Source: an uncultured bacterium
GTDB taxonomy: Bacteria; Chloroflexota; UBA5177; JANWHV01
DNA length: 64,000 bases
Reading direction: 5' to 3'
NCBI GenBank assembly: GCA_963827235.1
Contig: CAWHAE010000008.1
Span: 128,001-192,000 of the forward strand
Shown: positions 17,579 through 29,535 of the stretch, piece after piece
Layout of the letters: each line of letters opens with the position of its first letter
How positions within the stretch are numbered: position 1 is the stretch's first letter
Notes under the pieces: generated by a model
What the model was told of the DNA's origin: nothing
The model's input: the letters and a program-made list of their open reading frames with translations, nothing else
Database searches by the model: none
Translations under genes and position numbers: made by a program

Positions 17579-18829
17579 TCACGCACCCCACATGTGATTG
17601 AGGAATAGCGTGGTGAAGAGCGCCAGGCTGCCTGTGGAGACGAGCACGTACAGCCGGTCGAAGGTCGGCAGCCGGCCAAGCCGGGCCAGCACGACGTATA
17701 CCGGGGCGACGACGAAAAGGTAGCGCGACATGGAGGTAATCGGGATCTCGCTGCTTACCACCGGAGCGCTCAGGAGAAGGCCGATGCACGCCAGCCCGAA
17801 CACCGTGAACGAAAGCGGGACCAGGCGCACGCCCACGATGAGCACTGCGATGCAAGCGAACAGCAGGGCGTTCTCCACGATAGCGTGGGCCTGGAAGTAG
17901 GGATGCGATGCGGCCGTCTTCGGAATGTCGCTCAAGCTCGTCCAGAGCACTTGCCAAGGCCACTCGGTGTTCCGATCCCAGCCGGCGGCCGCGTGCACGA
18001 AAGCGAACGCGTTGCCGGTCAGTCCGTAGAGGTAGACCATGTATGCCAGAAGACCGCTCGGGATGAGCAGCCCGCCCAGCACGTCCGGTCGAAGCCGGGA
18101 GAGTCTGAACTTGACAGATCCCAGGTACTCGATGACGAACGGAACGACGAGCAGGAACCCGAGGATTCGCGTTCCTGCTGCCAGTCCGCCGAACGCGCCT
18201 GCCAGCCACCAGCGCTGCTCCCTCATGTAGTACAGCGAGGCGATGGAGCAGAGCAGGAATGTCGACTCGGAGTAGGGTGCAAACGCGAAGAATGAGGTCG
18301 GGAAGACAGCCATGTAGAGCACGGCGCGCCGCGCAGTCGCTTCCCCATATTCTCGCTCACAGAGCTTGCGCAAGAAGACGAGAGCGGCGAGAAAGGCAAG
18401 GTTGGCTATCGCCATTGCCGCCAGATCGACATCGAGTCCGGTGAGCTGACAGAGAGCGCGCACCAGCGAAGGGTAGACCGGGAAAAACGCAACGGTAGCG
18501 GGTACGCCGGCGCCATTGTAGGAGTAGCCTGCCACGACGATCTGGTGGAACCACTGGCTGTCCCTGTAGAACCATCCATCGAGTAGATATCCGGAGAAGC
18601 CGGTTCGCTCGCTGCCCACCAGAGCAGGGTCGTGCAGCAGGGCCCGGCCAAAGTAGGTCAGCAGCACAAAGCAGAGTCTGGAGGCCAGAAATATGCTGAA
18701 GAGATCGCTGAGCAAGAACCGCCGGCACGTGATGGCAGCGCCCCGCGCCTGGGAGGCTATTACTCCTGCAGAAAGCGGGCCATTGCCCGCTAATCCTTGA
18801 ATCGTTCGCGGCGTCGACACGCGCTGCAT
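17579..18829 (-). CDS. GT-C mannosyltransferase, PIG-V/Mannosyl_trans2-like
   Basis: Motifs WFYRDSQWF..I...GY, AFFPVYP, FPTSFF..APYSESTF and TRILG, in a multi-TM protein. Confidence 0.85.
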   Translation of the reverse strand: MQRVSTPRTIQGLAGNGPLSAGVIASQARGAAITCRRFLLSDLFSIFLASRLCFVLLTYFGRALLHDPALVGSERTGFSGYLLDGWFYRDSQWFHQIVVAGYSYNGAGVPATVAFFPVYPSLVRALCQLTGLDVDLAAMAIANLAFLAALVFLRKLCEREYGEATARRAVLYMAVFPTSFFAFAPYSESTFLLCSIASLYYMREQRWWLAGAFGGLAAGTRILGFLLVVPFVIEYLGSVKFRLSRLRPDVLGGLLIPSGLLAYMVYLYGLTGNAFAFVHAAAGWDRNTEWPWQVLWTSLSDIPKTAASHPYFQAHAIVENALLFACIAVLIVGVRLVPLSFTVFGLACIGLLLSAPVVSSEIPITSMSRYLFVVAPVYVVLARLGRLPTFDRLYVLVSTGSLALFTTLFLNHMWGA

Positions 18830-18833
18830 GGGG

Positions 18834-19511
18834 TCAGTCCACGAAGCGATACTTGATGAGCGCGACCAGGGCAGGAATGCCATCGCGCCAGGTGATCTTC
18901 TTTCCCTCGCGTAGCTCGCGGCCGGCGTACGATATCGGCACTTCGTAAATCCGATGGCCAGTACGCAGAATCTTGGCGGTGATCTCTGGCTCGAAGTCGA
19001 AGCGGCGTGCACGGAGATGAATCCGGCGAATCAGCTCGGTAGGAATCACCTTGTAGCAGGTTTCCATATCCGTCAGCGTCGTGTCGTACAGGACGTTCGT
19101 GACCAGGGTGAGCAAGCGGTTGCCGACACTGTGCCAGAATAGCATGGCCTTGTGCTCGCCGAGAAATCGCGAGCCGTACACAACGGTCGCCTTCCCGCGC
19201 AATATGGGCCTGAGCAGCGCCTCGTAATCTGCGGGATCGTACTCCAGGTCCGCGTCCTGAATCAGCACGTAGTCTCCCCGCGCGTGCTGCAGCCCCGTGC
19301 GGATGGCCGCGCCTTTCCCCTGGTTCGTCGCATGCATGAACACCCGGGTATCGCTCGACGCTTCCGCCTCGAGAATCGCCCGGCTGCCGTCGGTCGAGCC
19401 GTCATCTACCACGACGATCTCTTTTTCGATCGGCGACATGCGTACGCGTTCGAGCACCTTGCGGATTGTCGGGGCTTCATTGTAGACGGGAATGATGATC
19501 GATACTTTCAT
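18834..19511 (-). CDS. Glycosyltransferase family 2 (polyprenol-phosphate mannose synthase-like)
   Basis: Motifs SIIIPVYNE, VDDGSTDG, NQGKG, QDADLEYDP, GSRF and TDMETCYK. Confidence 0.92.
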   Translation of the reverse strand: MKVSIIIPVYNEAPTIRKVLERVRMSPIEKEIVVVDDGSTDGSRAILEAEASSDTRVFMHATNQGKGAAIRTGLQHARGDYVLIQDADLEYDPADYEALLRPILRGKATVVYGSRFLGEHKAMLFWHSVGNRLLTLVTNVLYDTTLTDMETCYKVIPTELIRRIHLRARRFDFEPEITAKILRTGHRIYEVPISYAGRELREGKKITWRDGIPALVALIKYRFVD

Positions 19512-19634
19512 GGGCGACGTGCACACGAAGCTCGACGGCGGTCCCCCGAACACGCCGGAGTGGAGGCTCTCTTCTCAGCGATCACGCAGCAAATTGTACC
19601 GACCGCGCGAACTACGAGTCAAAACTCGAGATCG

Positions 19635-21146
19635 CTAGGCGAGAATCTGCACCACGGTGCCGATCTGAACCCAGCGGTAGAGCCAGCCTTCGACGCCCAG
19701 TGGCACATTGACGCATCCGTGCGTGCCCGTCGTGTTGCCTCCGGGAGTACCGTCCACCGCGTTCGAGCCGGGACCGAATTGGCTCCTCCACGTGGCATCG
19801 TGCAGGAAGTATCCTCCGCTTCTGAACAGGATGGCGTAGTTCACGGTCGTGGTCGGGTACCACAGGCGTGACGATTTGGGCCACGGCGAGCGCATCACGT
19901 AGGGCGAGTACTTGGCAAGCACGTGGAACGTGCCCACCGGCGTCTGTGTCTCGGGTCCGCCGGAGGTGATCAATGTGTGCAGCAGCACGCTCGCGCCGTC
20001 ATAGATTGTCATATCCTGCTTGGTAAGCGACACGACGACCCGCCGAGTGTCCAGTGTGAACACTCCGGGCAGTAACTGGACTGTGCTGTTGCCAAGTGCG
20101 TCGCGTGCCGCGACCGTAAGGGCATAGGTACCGGACGGCAAATAGCGCCCGGCACCGTCTTTGCCGTCCCAAGTGATACTCTGTGCCCCAGCCGCCAGGG
20201 TGCCGAGGTCGACGACTGCCGCGTTGGTCGACGGGCTCGTGCCCTGAATGCGCAGCACGGCGTGGACGGCGCGCGAAAGGGAGAACTGGACTTGAGTGGC
20301 CGGGGTTGAGATTGACAGCTCGTGGCTCGTGGCTTGTAGATAAGTGATGGTGGGCGCGGTCCGCTCGATGGTCACCGTCCAGCGAAGCGGTGCGGACACC
20401 AGCCCGGCTCGGTCGACGGCTCGCACCGCGACGTACCAGGTGCCGTCGGCCAGCGTGTGCAGGTGGATCTCCGTGTTCGTGGTAGAGTGCCATGTCGGCT
20501 CCGCCTGCGGATCGAGGCTGTTGGCCCATTGGTAGTACGCGATGCCGGTGCGGTCCCACGACTGGCTCCAGTGCAGAGAGACGGTTCGCTGGTTGGTAGG
20601 CAAGCCCGGTGTTGCGTTTGCGCTTACCAAGCGCGGCGTCTCCGGCGGCGTGACGCTGATGCCGAATTCACCCCCGCCAGCCCATGGGCTGGTGCCGCCA
20701 TCGGCATCTCGAGTGCGTACACGCCAGTGGTAGAGCCGGCCGTTCTGCAGGCCCGGCATGGTGATGTCGACCACGGTACGGCGCTCAGCCTGCAGCGGGG
20801 TGAGCTTGCCGGCCACGTTAGCCACGCCGCTGAAACGTAGGTTGAGCGGCAGCACCTCGATCTCCGGAACAACGGAGCGCTCGTCACCCGCGCCGGCGAA
20901 CGTGAGGCGAATCTTGAGATTGCCGGAGCTCGCCCAGGCGCCGGCCGGTAAGCCCGCACCCCACGGCAGGGCGATCAGCGCCCGTGATGGCTCGGTGGGC
21001 GTGCCGGAGGCCAGCAACGGATCGTGAGCACGGTCAAGGTACACCGCCGTGGCCGCTACCGCGATGAGCAGCATGGCAATCGCCGTCTTCACGTACGCCC
21101 ACGATCCCAATCGTACAGAGGTCCGCTTCGATACTCGCCTTGACAT
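19635..21146 (-). CDS. YkuD L,D-transpeptidase with FnIII- and FlgD-Ig-like domains and an N-terminal anchor
   Basis: C-terminal VVVSLTKQ..TPVGTFHV, FLHDATWR and THGCVN. FlgD-like ITWDGKDGAG..LPSGTY. Confidence 0.88.
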   Translation of the reverse strand: MSRRVSKRTSVRLGSWAYVKTAIAMLLIAVAATAVYLDRAHDPLLASGTPTEPSRALIALPWGAGLPAGAWASSGNLKIRLTFAGAGDERSVVPEIEVLPLNLRFSGVANVAGKLTPLQAERRTVVDITMPGLQNGRLYHWRVRTRDADGGTSPWAGGGEFGISVTPPETPRLVSANATPGLPTNQRTVSLHWSQSWDRTGIAYYQWANSLDPQAEPTWHSTTNTEIHLHTLADGTWYVAVRAVDRAGLVSAPLRWTVTIERTAPTITYLQATSHELSISTPATQVQFSLSRAVHAVLRIQGTSPSTNAAVVDLGTLAAGAQSITWDGKDGAGRYLPSGTYALTVAARDALGNSTVQLLPGVFTLDTRRVVVSLTKQDMTIYDGASVLLHTLITSGGPETQTPVGTFHVLAKYSPYVMRSPWPKSSRLWYPTTTVNYAILFRSGGYFLHDATWRSQFGPGSNAVDGTPGGNTTGTHGCVNVPLGVEGWLYRWVQIGTVVQILA

Positions 21147-21226
21147 CCATCTACCTGTCTAGCCTGGCACTACCAGCACTTGCTATCTTAAGGTGTCGAG
21201 GCCGGGTCAATCCAGAGGGTAGCGAG

Positions 21227-21787
21227 GTGAAAATCTATACTCGTGGGGGAGATGGCGGTGAAACCGGCCTGTACGGAGGGGCGCGGGTTCGCAAGGACGC
21301 CATGCGGGTCGAAGCGTACGGTTCTCTAGACGAGCTCAATGCCATGATCGGCGCCGTGCTTGCCGCGTTGGAGGAGGAGGACTGGGGCGTGGCGGAGATG
21401 CTATCGCGCGTGCAGGCGGAGCTCTTCGATATCGGCGCTGAGCTCGCGACGCCCCCCGAGCGTGACGGCACGCCGTTGGCCGGTCGCTTGCGCAAGGTAG
21501 GTCGGGATGAGGTCGAGGCCCTGGAGCGGGGCATAGATGCCATTGACGCGCGGCTGCGGCCACTCAAGACGTTCATTCTGCCCGGCGGTGTCCCATCTGC
21601 CGCCATGCTGCATGTGGCGCGATCCGTCGCGCGGCGTGCGGAGCGAAGAGTCATCTCCCTCGACGCCATCGAACCGGTCAGTACGTCGCTACTGCAGTAT
21701 CTCAACCGGCTTTCGGACCTGCTATTCGTCCTAGCCCGCGCCGTGAACCAGATTGCCGGCTCGCCGGAACGCCCCTGGAAGGGCTGA
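21227..21787 (+). CDS. pduO: ATP:cob(I)alamin adenosyltransferase, PduO type
   Basis: Motifs KIYTRGGDGGET, RVEAYGSLDELN, FILPGG, RRAER and YLNRLSDLLF. Confidence 0.93.
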   Translation: MKIYTRGGDGGETGLYGGARVRKDAMRVEAYGSLDELNAMIGAVLAALEEEDWGVAEMLSRVQAELFDIGAELATPPERDGTPLAGRLRKVGRDEVEALERGIDAIDARLRPLKTFILPGGVPSAAMLHVARSVARRAERRVISLDAIEPVSTSLLQYLNRLSDLLFVLARAVNQIAGSPERPWKG

Positions 21788-21803
21788 CTCCGCGCTTCGT
21801 CAA

Positions 21804-22460
21804 TCAGTGCACGACAGCATATGCGCGCACCGGGAAGGTGCCCACGCCTCTGAACTTTACCGGTACCGCGTGAAAGCGAAATCCGCTGGAGGGCAGCGCG
21901 CCGAGATTGCAGAGATGCTCCACGACGGGGATTCCGGCGCCCAGAAGCGTCGTATGTACGGGGCGGAAGCCGTCACGCGTGTCGTCAATGTTCAGCGAGT
22001 CGATGCCCACCAGCGCCGCTCCTCTCTCGCGCAAGAGCTCGGCAGTCGATCCGGTGAGGAACGGGTGGCCGCTCAAGTACTGTTCCGTCGCCCAGTGACG
22101 ATCCCAGCCGGTGAGAACGAGCACTGCTCTGCCGCTCACGTCGAGCGACGCGAAGAGGGCGCCGTCGACGGCGCCCGGCGACTCGCGAGCATCGACCACG
22201 ATGCCACTGAGATCGGCCAGGCTCGTGAGGTCGAGCTGCGACAGGTCCTTGCCGTGCTCGTAGCGGTGGAACGGCGAGTCCACGTAGGTGCCGGTATTGG
22301 CGACGAGCTCGACCTTACCGATCTGGAAGCTCGTGCCGCCGGCATACTGCGCCTTCGACGCTTCGCGCGACAGGTAGTCGCAAACGATTGGACCTGGCAG
22401 GCCGGGATAGGTGGTCATCCCGTGTTCGACGACGTGGCTGAGATCGATGAGAGTCGCCAT
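21804..22460 (-). CDS. Cyclase family (kynurenine formamidase-like) metal hydrolase
   Basis: Motifs IDLSH, NTGTYVDSPFH, VGIDS.NID, VH..LLG.GIPVVEHL and FPVRAYA. Confidence 0.88.
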   Translation of the reverse strand: MATLIDLSHVVEHGMTTYPGLPGPIVCDYLSREASKAQYAGGTSFQIGKVELVANTGTYVDSPFHRYEHGKDLSQLDLTSLADLSGIVVDARESPGAVDGALFASLDVSGRAVLVLTGWDRHWATEQYLSGHPFLTGSTAELLRERGAALVGIDSLNIDDTRDGFRPVHTTLLGAGIPVVEHLCNLGALPSSGFRFHAVPVKFRGVGTFPVRAYAVVH

Positions 22461-22713
22461 TCGCAGTCCTTTCACTAACCGCTGGAGCTCGACCGGCACC
22501 GCCGGTCGCCTATACGCAAGGCGCGGTGAAATACTCGCGGGCGGAATGAACTCCGCACTTGGTGAGCCGTGAGTAACCCCAGGATCGGCCCCGGGATGTC
22601 GTCGCGGGGCGCGGATCTCGTCGACGACTCTCTGTGGTGTCTCCAGCTACACCTCGTCCCGCGGGCCACGGTAATCTCCACGGCATGTGCGGTGGCTCGC
22701 TGGTGCATCCCCG

Positions 22714-23205
22714 TCAGCAGGCCTCGGGATCGCTCCTGGCGCTCTGGGCTGCTTGGCGAGCGGCCCAGGAGCGATGAAGCGCTTCGAGGCCGGTGAGGAG
22801 GGAACGAAGATCCTCGGGCGAAAGGTCGCCGATGCACTCTGTAATCTCGGTGTCCGCGTGCACGTTCAGGCGCTGCAGAAGACGCAGACCGCTCGCAGTG
22901 ATGCAGGCGATGACAAGTCGCCGGTCAACTGGATCGTCCTCGCGGCGCACAAGGCCGTGTTCCACCAGCCGGTCGAGCATGATGGTGACCGTCGGTGGGG
23001 TGACGCCCAGCCGCTGTGCCAGATCGCCGACCGTGAGGCCTTTGCGCGAGGCGATCAAGAGCAACAGCTTGAACTGCGGCATCGTAAGGTCGAGATCCAT
23101 CCAGTTCAGCCACGGCTGGTCATAGGTTTCGGGCCACAGCAGCGCATTGAGTTGGATGATCCGAGGGATCACGGCGGGGCGGCCACGGTCAGTCGTGCTT
23201 TTCAC
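22714..23205 (-). CDS. MarR family transcriptional regulator
   Basis: DLTMPQFKLL ... LAQRLGVTPPTVT.MLDRLVEHGLVRREDDPVDRR. The GTG start at 23205 is uncertain; TATAAT lies upstream at about 23243-23248. Confidence 0.88.
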   Translation of the reverse strand: MKSTTDRGRPAVIPRIIQLNALLWPETYDQPWLNWMDLDLTMPQFKLLLLIASRKGLTVGDLAQRLGVTPPTVTIMLDRLVEHGLVRREDDPVDRRLVIACITASGLRLLQRLNVHADTEITECIGDLSPEDLRSLLTGLEALHRSWAARQAAQSARSDPEAC

Positions 23206-23394
23206 AGTGCATCCGCTCGCAAGGGGACATGCCGTTTGTGTTATTATACCGGGCTCTGGCACCTGGCGTACCGTGTGCTAATCGGAGTGCATCGCGCCTC
23301 GCCGCCGAAGCCCGCAGGATCGACCGTGCCGGTCCAGACGAATGCCTGAGCCGGCACGGTATCCCACTGGCAAGGCGGCCGCTCGGTCCCTCGC

Positions 23395-25002
<1,608 letters not shown>

Positions 25003-25258
25003 GGACCGAAACTACTCCTTCATCAGACTGTGAACGTACGGGCACGCAATGGAGTTTCTAGGATAGTGTCTGGGTTCACCACCTCCCGTGCTCTTAATCT
25101 CAACTAAAGCATATCGAAATGCGCGCATTGCTGACCTGCAGACGACCATATGCGCTTGGCGCTGTTGCAGCATCCCGCGGGAGCCGATACCATGACGGAT
25201 GGCGCGAATAATGTGCATAACTCTGCGCGCGCGCTAGACAGCCGGAGGTCAGTAGGAT

Positions 25259-25684
25259 TTGGACGAGACGTCACTCGATACGGGCGATTTTCTGACCGGC
25301 GACCTTTTTGGCGGCCTCGACGTCGAGGAGGCCGAACGCACGTCGCCCACATTGCCCGCGGACGGCCGCTTCGCGGGCATCTACGACGGCTACATCGTGA
25401 TCCCCCAGCCCTTGATCGAGACCGTGGTGCAGTATACGGAGGCCGACCCGGCAGCCTTTGGCAGCTACGCCGCCATGGGTGCCTTCGGGAGCTTTGAGCT
25501 GCGTCACAGCGACGTGGTCAACTCGCATGCGCTCAACACCTGGCCCGGCGTAACCGAGTTCTATTACGGCAGGGAGAAGCATCTGAGGCCGGTGCTCGAA
25601 GCGTTGAATATCCCGATCATCTCGCTCAAGAAGGACTTTCTCCACGCCTATGAGCGAGTGATCACGGAGCTCGGCCAGCTCTAG
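25259..25684 (+). CDS. Acidic hypothetical protein, 141 aa
   Basis: Codon usage fits the genome (GC-rich third positions), GGAGG lies upstream, and a terminator follows. Confidence 0.7.
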   Translation: MDETSLDTGDFLTGDLFGGLDVEEAERTSPTLPADGRFAGIYDGYIVIPQPLIETVVQYTEADPAAFGSYAAMGAFGSFELRHSDVVNSHALNTWPGVTEFYYGREKHLRPVLEALNIPIISLKKDFLHAYERVITELGQL

Positions 25685-25709
25685 CTTCTCGTAGTCCTAT
25701 ATCGGTCGC

Positions 25710-25741
25710 CAGCCCCACGGTACGCCGCGGGGCTTTTGTTT
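25710..25741 (+). terminator. Intrinsic terminator
   Basis: AGCCCCACGG-TACG-CCGCGGGGCT followed by TTTGTTT. Confidence 0.7.
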
Positions 25742-25954
25742 GTGCCCGCGCGGGAGCGCACTCCGCAGACGCGCGGCGTACCTGCGCCAACCCTGCAGGC
25801 GATACGCCTTTCACCACCGATCGCGCAATGCCTCTTCTCGGTCATGCCGGGCCTCGCCAGCGCTCCGGTGCAGTAACTGGCGTGCAGTCGTCGCGCCGGC
25901 ACGGGCCCACTCAGTACCAAGCAATGCAAATAATCAAAATATCTCATCGTGTAG

Positions 25955-25983
25955 TTGACTTTTCTTAGTATTGAGTCTAGTCT
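25955..25983 (+). promoter_or_regulatory. Sigma70-type promoter of the DUF2089 operon
   Basis: TTGACT-17 nt-TAGTCT, with an AT-rich upstream element and a GAGGAGG SD downstream. Confidence 0.6.
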
Positions 25984-26002
25984 GGTCGTGAGGAGGAAGT
26001 AG

Positions 26003-26383
26003 ATGCGCAAACAACTGGAGGCGTGCCCCTGCTGTGGTGGCCCGCTCGTGGTGTCCGGGCTCGCGTGCGAGGGCTGCGGCACCGTGGTCACGGGCAAATT
26101 CCGGCAGTGTGACTTCTGCCGCCTTACCGAGGACCAGGCAACTTTTCTTCGACTATTCGTCCAGCGCCGCGGCAATCTCTCGGAGATGGAAAAGGCCCTG
26201 GGCATCTCGTATCCGACGGTGCGCAACAAGCTGGAGGAAGTCATTCGCGCGCTGCAAGAGGCTGCTCCGCCGGTCGCGGCGGCCGCGCCGCGGGACGACG
26301 TACTGCGCCGCGTGGCAGCCGGGGAGATCTCGACGGTCGACGCGTTGGATCTGCTGAGCAAACTGGCTGGGGAGCAAGGGTGA
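26003..26383 (+). CDS. DUF2089 family Zn-ribbon/HTH protein
   Basis: CP.CGG.L.V..L.C..C.T...G.F, RGNLSEMEKALGISYPTVRNKL, and a C-terminal SHOCT-like GEIS..DAL.LL. Confidence 0.9.
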   Translation: MRKQLEACPCCGGPLVVSGLACEGCGTVVTGKFRQCDFCRLTEDQATFLRLFVQRRGNLSEMEKALGISYPTVRNKLEEVIRALQEAAPPVAAAAPRDDVLRRVAAGEISTVDALDLLSKLAGEQG

Positions 26384-26384
26384 G

Positions 26385-27797
26385 ATGAGCGATTACGACG
26401 AGACTATTCCTGTTGCCGGTATCCGCCGCCTGGACGTGCGCATTGCACGCGGCGACGTAACGTTGCGGCGCATATCCGGTGACTCTATTCAGGTGCGCTC
26501 CGACAGACCGATTGCCGTGACGCGAGAGGGAGACGCGGTGGGCATACGCTCGGAGTCCGCAGGCGCGCGGCCACGGACTCGCGCGCGATCGCCTCACCCG
26601 TTCAACTCGGAGAGCTGGGGCTTCGGTGCCGCGATCGGCGACATGGTGAGCACCGCGGTGGAGTCCATCCTCGCCGTCGATTTCGACTTCAGCGGCTTCG
26701 GCTCAGCCGACATCGAGGTCGACATTCCCGCTTCGTTCGAGCTGCCCGATCTCGTGGCGTCGACGGGCATGGGAGACATACGGCTGGCAGACCTGACCGC
26801 TAATTGCTCGCTGCAGACAAGCAAGGGAGATATTGACATCGATAACTGTGGCGGCAGCCTGAAGGCTACTACCGGCATGGGCGACATCTCCGTCGACCAC
26901 TTCGCAGGCCCCGTCGCCGTGCATACAGGCGCCGGCGATGCTGAGCTGACGAGCTGTGACGGCGGCGGCGTCCTGCACACCGGATCTGGGGACATCAAGG
27001 CTGCCGGTGTGGTGGGCGCGTGGAACGTGCGCTCGGGCGCTGGGGACGTGGAGATGCGCATCACAGGCGAGGCATCGCTGGATATCGTGACCGGGGCCGG
27101 TGACGTGAAGGTAGAGCGGGGCTCGCTGCACAGACTCGCCGTGCATTCAGGCTCGGGCGACGTGCGATGCACGAGCCTGCTCGACGGCCCTCGCCACGAG
27201 TGCACTACCGGTCACGGCGACATCGAGGTAGCGATCGCTGATCCGCCGGGAGCACGTCTGCAGATCCTCACGCGCAGTGGCAGCGTCGAATCCGATTACC
27301 CCCTGGTAGGCGTGGGCAAGCAAGGTCGTTACGCCGGGAGCGGTGGCCGCTACGTGGGGAGCATCGGCGACAGCTCAATCGACGTGGAGCTGCGCACGAC
27401 AAGCGGCGATATCACCATCAAGCGGCGCTCGCCGGGCAGGACTGAGGACGGTGAGCCGTGGCGCCACACGAAGGAGGGGCCGTCTGCCGGATACGTTCCG
27501 CCTGCATTTGCCGGCTCTCCCGCGCCGACCGTGCCCCCGGTCGACTTCGCTCCGCCCAACTCCCCGGAGCCATTCTCGGCACCGAACCCGCCCATTGAGC
27601 CCGCCCGGCCCGTCTCGCCGCCCGCATTCAACGCCATGCCGGAAGAGACACCGGCAACGCCCGGCTCAGCCGTGATCACGTCGGGTGGTAATCCTCGACT
27701 GGCCATACTCGAGAATCTGCAGGCAGGAAAGATCTCGGTGAATGAAGCGGCCGCGTTGCTCGAGTCGTTGAGCCGGCCGCGCCCCACCTCGCAATGA
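26385..27797 (+). CDS. DUF4097 (toastrack) beta-repeat protein with a Pro-rich linker and SHOCT-like tail
   Basis: Repeated T(G/S)xGD(I/V) units. C-terminal RLAILENLQAGKISVNEAAALLE. Confidence 0.88.
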   Translation: MSDYDETIPVAGIRRLDVRIARGDVTLRRISGDSIQVRSDRPIAVTREGDAVGIRSESAGARPRTRARSPHPFNSESWGFGAAIGDMVSTAVESILAVDFDFSGFGSADIEVDIPASFELPDLVASTGMGDIRLADLTANCSLQTSKGDIDIDNCGGSLKATTGMGDISVDHFAGPVAVHTGAGDAELTSCDGGGVLHTGSGDIKAAGVVGAWNVRSGAGDVEMRITGEASLDIVTGAGDVKVERGSLHRLAVHSGSGDVRCTSLLDGPRHECTTGHGDIEVAIADPPGARLQILTRSGSVESDYPLVGVGKQGRYAGSGGRYVGSIGDSSIDVELRTTSGDITIKRRSPGRTEDGEPWRHTKEGPSAGYVPPAFAGSPAPTVPPVDFAPPNSPEPFSAPNPPIEPARPVSPPAFNAMPEETPATPGSAVITSGGNPRLAILENLQAGKISVNEAAALLESLSRPRPTSQ

Positions 27798-27910
27798 ACC
27801 GCCGCGCATGATCTTCGCAATGCTTCACCCACTGCCAAAGCCCGATCGCTAGGGAGGAAGATATGCACATACCCTGGAGGTATCCCGAATGACGAGAGGA
27901 CTCTCAAGCA

Positions 27911-27951
27911 GACGAGTACGGGCGCCGCCGCAACGGCCCGCGTACTCGTTT
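27911..27951. terminator. Hairpin between convergent genes (probable bidirectional terminator)
   Basis: ACGAGTACG-GGC...GCC-CGCGTACTCGT inverted repeat. Confidence 0.55.
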
Positions 27952-27967
27952 CTCGCCTCAGCTCCTG

Positions 27968-29419
27968 TCAGGCCAGGACTTCGACGTCGTGCGGCATACT
28001 TTCGCGCATGCCCGCGCCGGTAATGGGGACAAACTCCGCCTGCTCGTGCAGCTCGGCGAGCGTATGCACGCCGCAGTAGCTCATGCCTGAGCGCACACCA
28101 CCTACCAGCTGGTAGATCACGTCGGTCACGTCGCCCCGGAAGGGCACTACGGCTTCCACGCCTTCGGGAACAACCTCGTTGAAGCCCTCGTCGCCGAATT
28201 GCTGTTCGGGTGCTTCCCGCTCATGCCGGCCGATCGTAGCGCTGAGCGATGCCATACCGCGGCTGATCTTGAATCTCTGTCCGTGGCGCATCACCGTGTA
28301 GCCAGGGCTTTCGCGAGTTCCTGCCAGGAGATTGCCGATCATCACCGTACCAGCCCCGGCCGCCAACGCCTTGGTGATATCTCCGGACGACTTTATGCCG
28401 CCGTCCGCGATAACCGGAATGCCATGCTTGGCGGTCTCCTCCGCGCACTCCAGCACGGCGGTTAGCTGCGGTACGCCAAAGCCGGTAACAATGCGCGTCG
28501 TGCAAATAGATCCCGGCCCCACTCCCACCTTGACGGCGTCTACTCCTTCAACGGCCAGATCGCGCGCGCCCTCGGCCGTGGCGACGTTACCGGCAATCAG
28601 GTTGACGCCGGACATGGATCGCCTGATCGCGCGAATGGCCGCGATCACGTTGTCTGAGTGACCGTGGGCGATATCGATCACCAGAGTGTCTGCGCCAGCA
28701 CGAATCAGCTCCTGTGCTCTCTCCAGGAAGTCGCCTACCACGCCGATAGCGGCGCCTACCAGTAACCGGCCCTTGGAGTCACGCGCCGAGGCGCCGAAGC
28801 GGTTCGTCTGCATGAGATCGCGACTGGTGATCAGACCGCGCAGCTTACCGTCCTCGTCGACCAGGGGCAGCTTCTCGATCTTGTGTTTGTCGAGAATGGC
28901 GCGTGCTTGATCGGACTCGATGCCCGAACGGGCCGTCACCAGTCGTTCTTGCGGAGTCATCAGCGAGCCGATCAGTGTGGTGGCGTCTGTAGCGAAGCGC
29001 ACGTCGCGCGCCGTCAGAATACCCACCAGACGCTCTCGATCGTCCAGGACCAGCAGGCCGGTCACGCTGTTCTCGCTCATCAATTGCCTGGCTTCGGCCA
29101 GCGTCTGGTTTGCGAGAACCGTGTACGGCTGCTCGACCACGGCGCCCTGAGCTCGCTTTACCTGGTGCACCTGGCGCACTTCCTGCTCGATGGACATGAA
29201 GCGGTGGATGATGCCGATGCCGCCCTGCCTGGCCATGGCGATGGCCATCGGCGCCTCGGTCACCGTGTCCATGTTGGCGCTCACGATCGGGATGTTGAGC
29301 GCGATGCCGCGCGCAAGCTGAGCAACGGTGCCGACGTTGCGCCGGGAGGTGATGCTGCTGCGCTTGGGCATGAGCAGCACGTCGTCGTATGTCAGACCTT
29401 GAGGTCGGAAAGTGGCCAT
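27968..29419 (-). CDS. guaB: IMP dehydrogenase with CBS domains
   Basis: Motifs [43 protein letters not shown] and VPEGVE. Confidence 0.96.
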   Translation of the reverse strand: MATFRPQGLTYDDVLLMPKRSSITSRRNVGTVAQLARGIALNIPIVSANMDTVTEAPMAIAMARQGGIGIIHRFMSIEQEVRQVHQVKRAQGAVVEQPYTVLANQTLAEARQLMSENSVTGLLVLDDRERLVGILTARDVRFATDATTLIGSLMTPQERLVTARSGIESDQARAILDKHKIEKLPLVDEDGKLRGLITSRDLMQTNRFGASARDSKGRLLVGAAIGVVGDFLERAQELIRAGADTLVIDIAHGHSDNVIAAIRAIRRSMSGVNLIAGNVATAEGARDLAVEGVDAVKVGVGPGSICTTRIVTGFGVPQLTAVLECAEETAKHGIPVIADGGIKSSGDITKALAAGAGTVMIGNLLAGTRESPGYTVMRHGQRFKISRGMASLSATIGRHEREAPEQQFGDEGFNEVVPEGVEAVVPFRGDVTDVIYQLVGGVRSGMSYCGVHTLAELHEQAEFVPITGAGMRESMPHDVEVLA

Positions 29420-29535
29420 CGGGTGTCCTCCGGAAGGCGGATTGGGAGGCGCGTGGTGCGCAACGCTCAAAGGATACCATGCGCGGGGCGTCGGGATATC
29501 GTCGTTGCCGTCACCGCGAAGCGCGTTCGGGCACC

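Noticed and set aside
25085-25112. CIRCE or HAIR heat-shock operator upstream of groEL
   Set aside because: Only partial resemblance (TTAGTTGAGATTAAGAGCAC). Neither inverted repeat is complete.
26003-27797. DUF2089-DUF4097 pair as a novel system
   Set aside because: Matches the already described toastrack/SHOCT envelope-stress gene neighbourhoods.
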